A stretch of DNA of 61,045 nt, the filler included. It is 4 parts of 4 records of this genome, joined end to end, with 100 filler letters (N's around TTAATTAATTAA, not from the genome) between each part and the next. Parts side by side here need not be neighbours in the genome. Positions count along the whole stretch, not along the records: positions 30,521 to 61,045 come from SRR31156797_8004; 3 more parts are not named here. One strand, written 5' to 3'. Every line of letters starts with the position of its first letter. Position 1 is the stretch's first letter. The notes below the pieces were generated by a model, which did not search any database, was not told the origin of the DNA, and was given only the letters and a program-made list of their open reading frames with translations. The position numbers and the translations under genes are program-made. This document shows, one piece after another, positions 60,184 to 61,045 of the stretch.

Positions 60184-61045
60184 TTAGATATCTTCAGGGC
60201 TGATAGCCTGAGGTATGTTTTTCAGAAGCTCCCACCGTGCTCCTTCGAGACGGTATCCGGTTCCAGGACCCTGGTAGTCATTGGGCTGGTTAACCGCACT
60301 GATAACTTCAAAATTTTCGTCGATGATTGCTGAAGTCTGGAGGTAATCACCAGATACTTTCTGCTTAAGCATTCCAAGGACACATTCTGCGACATCGGAA
60401 AAACCATGCTTGGACAGCGCCTTAACGATATCAAGACCGGTTGTTCCTTTAGCCATCATGGCGTCAATGGCACGCAAGTCTTCAGGCATGTTACGATCAC
60501 CCATATCTTTAGTGCCGTGGGCGTAGGTGGCTGCTTCAACTTCCTCTTCAGTAATAGGTGGAAGTCGCAACTCTTCAAAAACAGCCTGTAATGCCTTGGC
60601 TGCCTTGTTACGAACAGCGATAACCCCTTCTTCATCTACAGGGTTAAGCCCACCGTCTACCTGGAGATCACGCTGAAGTACCAGATAATCATCATAATCA
60701 TCTACATCGTGTGTAGAGCCTGCAAACATGTTGTCATAGTTAGGAGACGCACTGTAACCAGAGAAGATAAAATCTGTGCCTGGCAGCATCTGCATCAGCA
60801 TCCTAGCAGTATTTCTGATGGGAGAATGGGTGAAGGTCTGGTCATTACCGGAAGCAACTTCAAGGTCATTGAGAACGGTTGCTACGTTTTCACCCAAAAT
60901 AGCTCTAACACCTGAAGGGACAGATCCGGGAACACCAACACAGGAAATAGAACCATTCTGCAGCCCCTGTACACCAGCACCTTTGGTGATCATAATGCAG
61001 CGAATTTCCAGATACAGCATGGATTTGCCTTCGGCATATCCCATC
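60184..61045 (-). CDS. pduC: B12-dependent diol/glycerol dehydratase large subunit, C-terminal half (runs off window)
   Basis: MGYAEGKSMLYLE.RC, GVQGLQNGS, NDQTF.HS, PGTDFIFSGYS..PNYDNMFAGS, GDYLQTSAI, NDYQGPGTGYR. Confidence 0.96.
   Translation of the reverse strand, partial: MGYAEGKSMLYLEIRCIMITKGAGVQGLQNGSISCVGVPGSVPSGVRAILGENVATVLNDLEVASGNDQTFTHSPIRNTARMLMQMLPGTDFIFSGYSASPNYDNMFAGSTHDVDDYDDYLVLQRDLQVDGGLNPVDEEGVIAVRNKAAKALQAVFEELRLPPITEEEVEAATYAHGTKDMGDRNMPEDLRAIDAMMAKGTTGLDIVKALSKHGFSDVAECVLGMLKQKVSGDYLQTSAIIDENFEVISAVNQPNDYQGPGTGYRLEGARWELLKNIPQAISPEDI

Overview
This window is not one locus. It is four unrelated contig pieces joined by identical 100-nt artificial linkers (44 N + TTAATTAATTAA + 44 N) at 8274-8373, 17455-17554 and 30421-30520. 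Segment 1 (1-8273) is Bacteroidota-like, with TAnnTTTG promoters. It holds an HlyD-like / VTC(CYTH) polyphosphate-polymerase-domain / DUF4956 operon whose promoter is overlapped by a perfect 9-1-9 palindrome and whose spacers are filled with 7- and 10-mer tandem repeats, plus a CDF metal exporter, an M1+M28+PDZ fusion peptidase and a lipoprotein. Segment 2 (8374-17454) is AT-rich Bacteroidota housekeeping DNA: secDF end, tatA, Ca/Na antiporter, ABC ATPase, TIGR02757, tRNA methyltransferase, saccharopine dehydrogenase, mutS and a truncated tRNA. Segment 3 (17555-30420) is also Bacteroidota: pnp end, deoxynucleoside kinase, TPR lipoprotein, M20 dipeptidase, sulfatase, EEP nuclease/phosphatase, PKD lipoprotein, GH29 fucosidase and an Fe-S protein/radical SAM pair cut by the contig end. 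Segment 4 (30521-61045) looks like a Desulfobacterota sulfate reducer (inferred). It has tRNA-Ser, a NifA-like activator-queH-rdgB group, glpR with glpD-glpF-glpK followed by pyk-gap, a sigma-54 activator facing a sigma-54 promoter that drives an Ala-rich repeat protein and a DUF2145-like Cys/His protein, ahpC, and a large B12-dependent diol/glycerol dehydratase microcompartment operon. That operon has an unusual shell set: GrpU-like, CcmP-like, PduT and a BMC-H with a long basic tail. The best candidates for undescribed biology are the VTC/DUF4956/HlyD module, the sigma-54/DUF2145 module and the atypical microcompartment. All family calls come from motif recognition by eye; no database searches were run.
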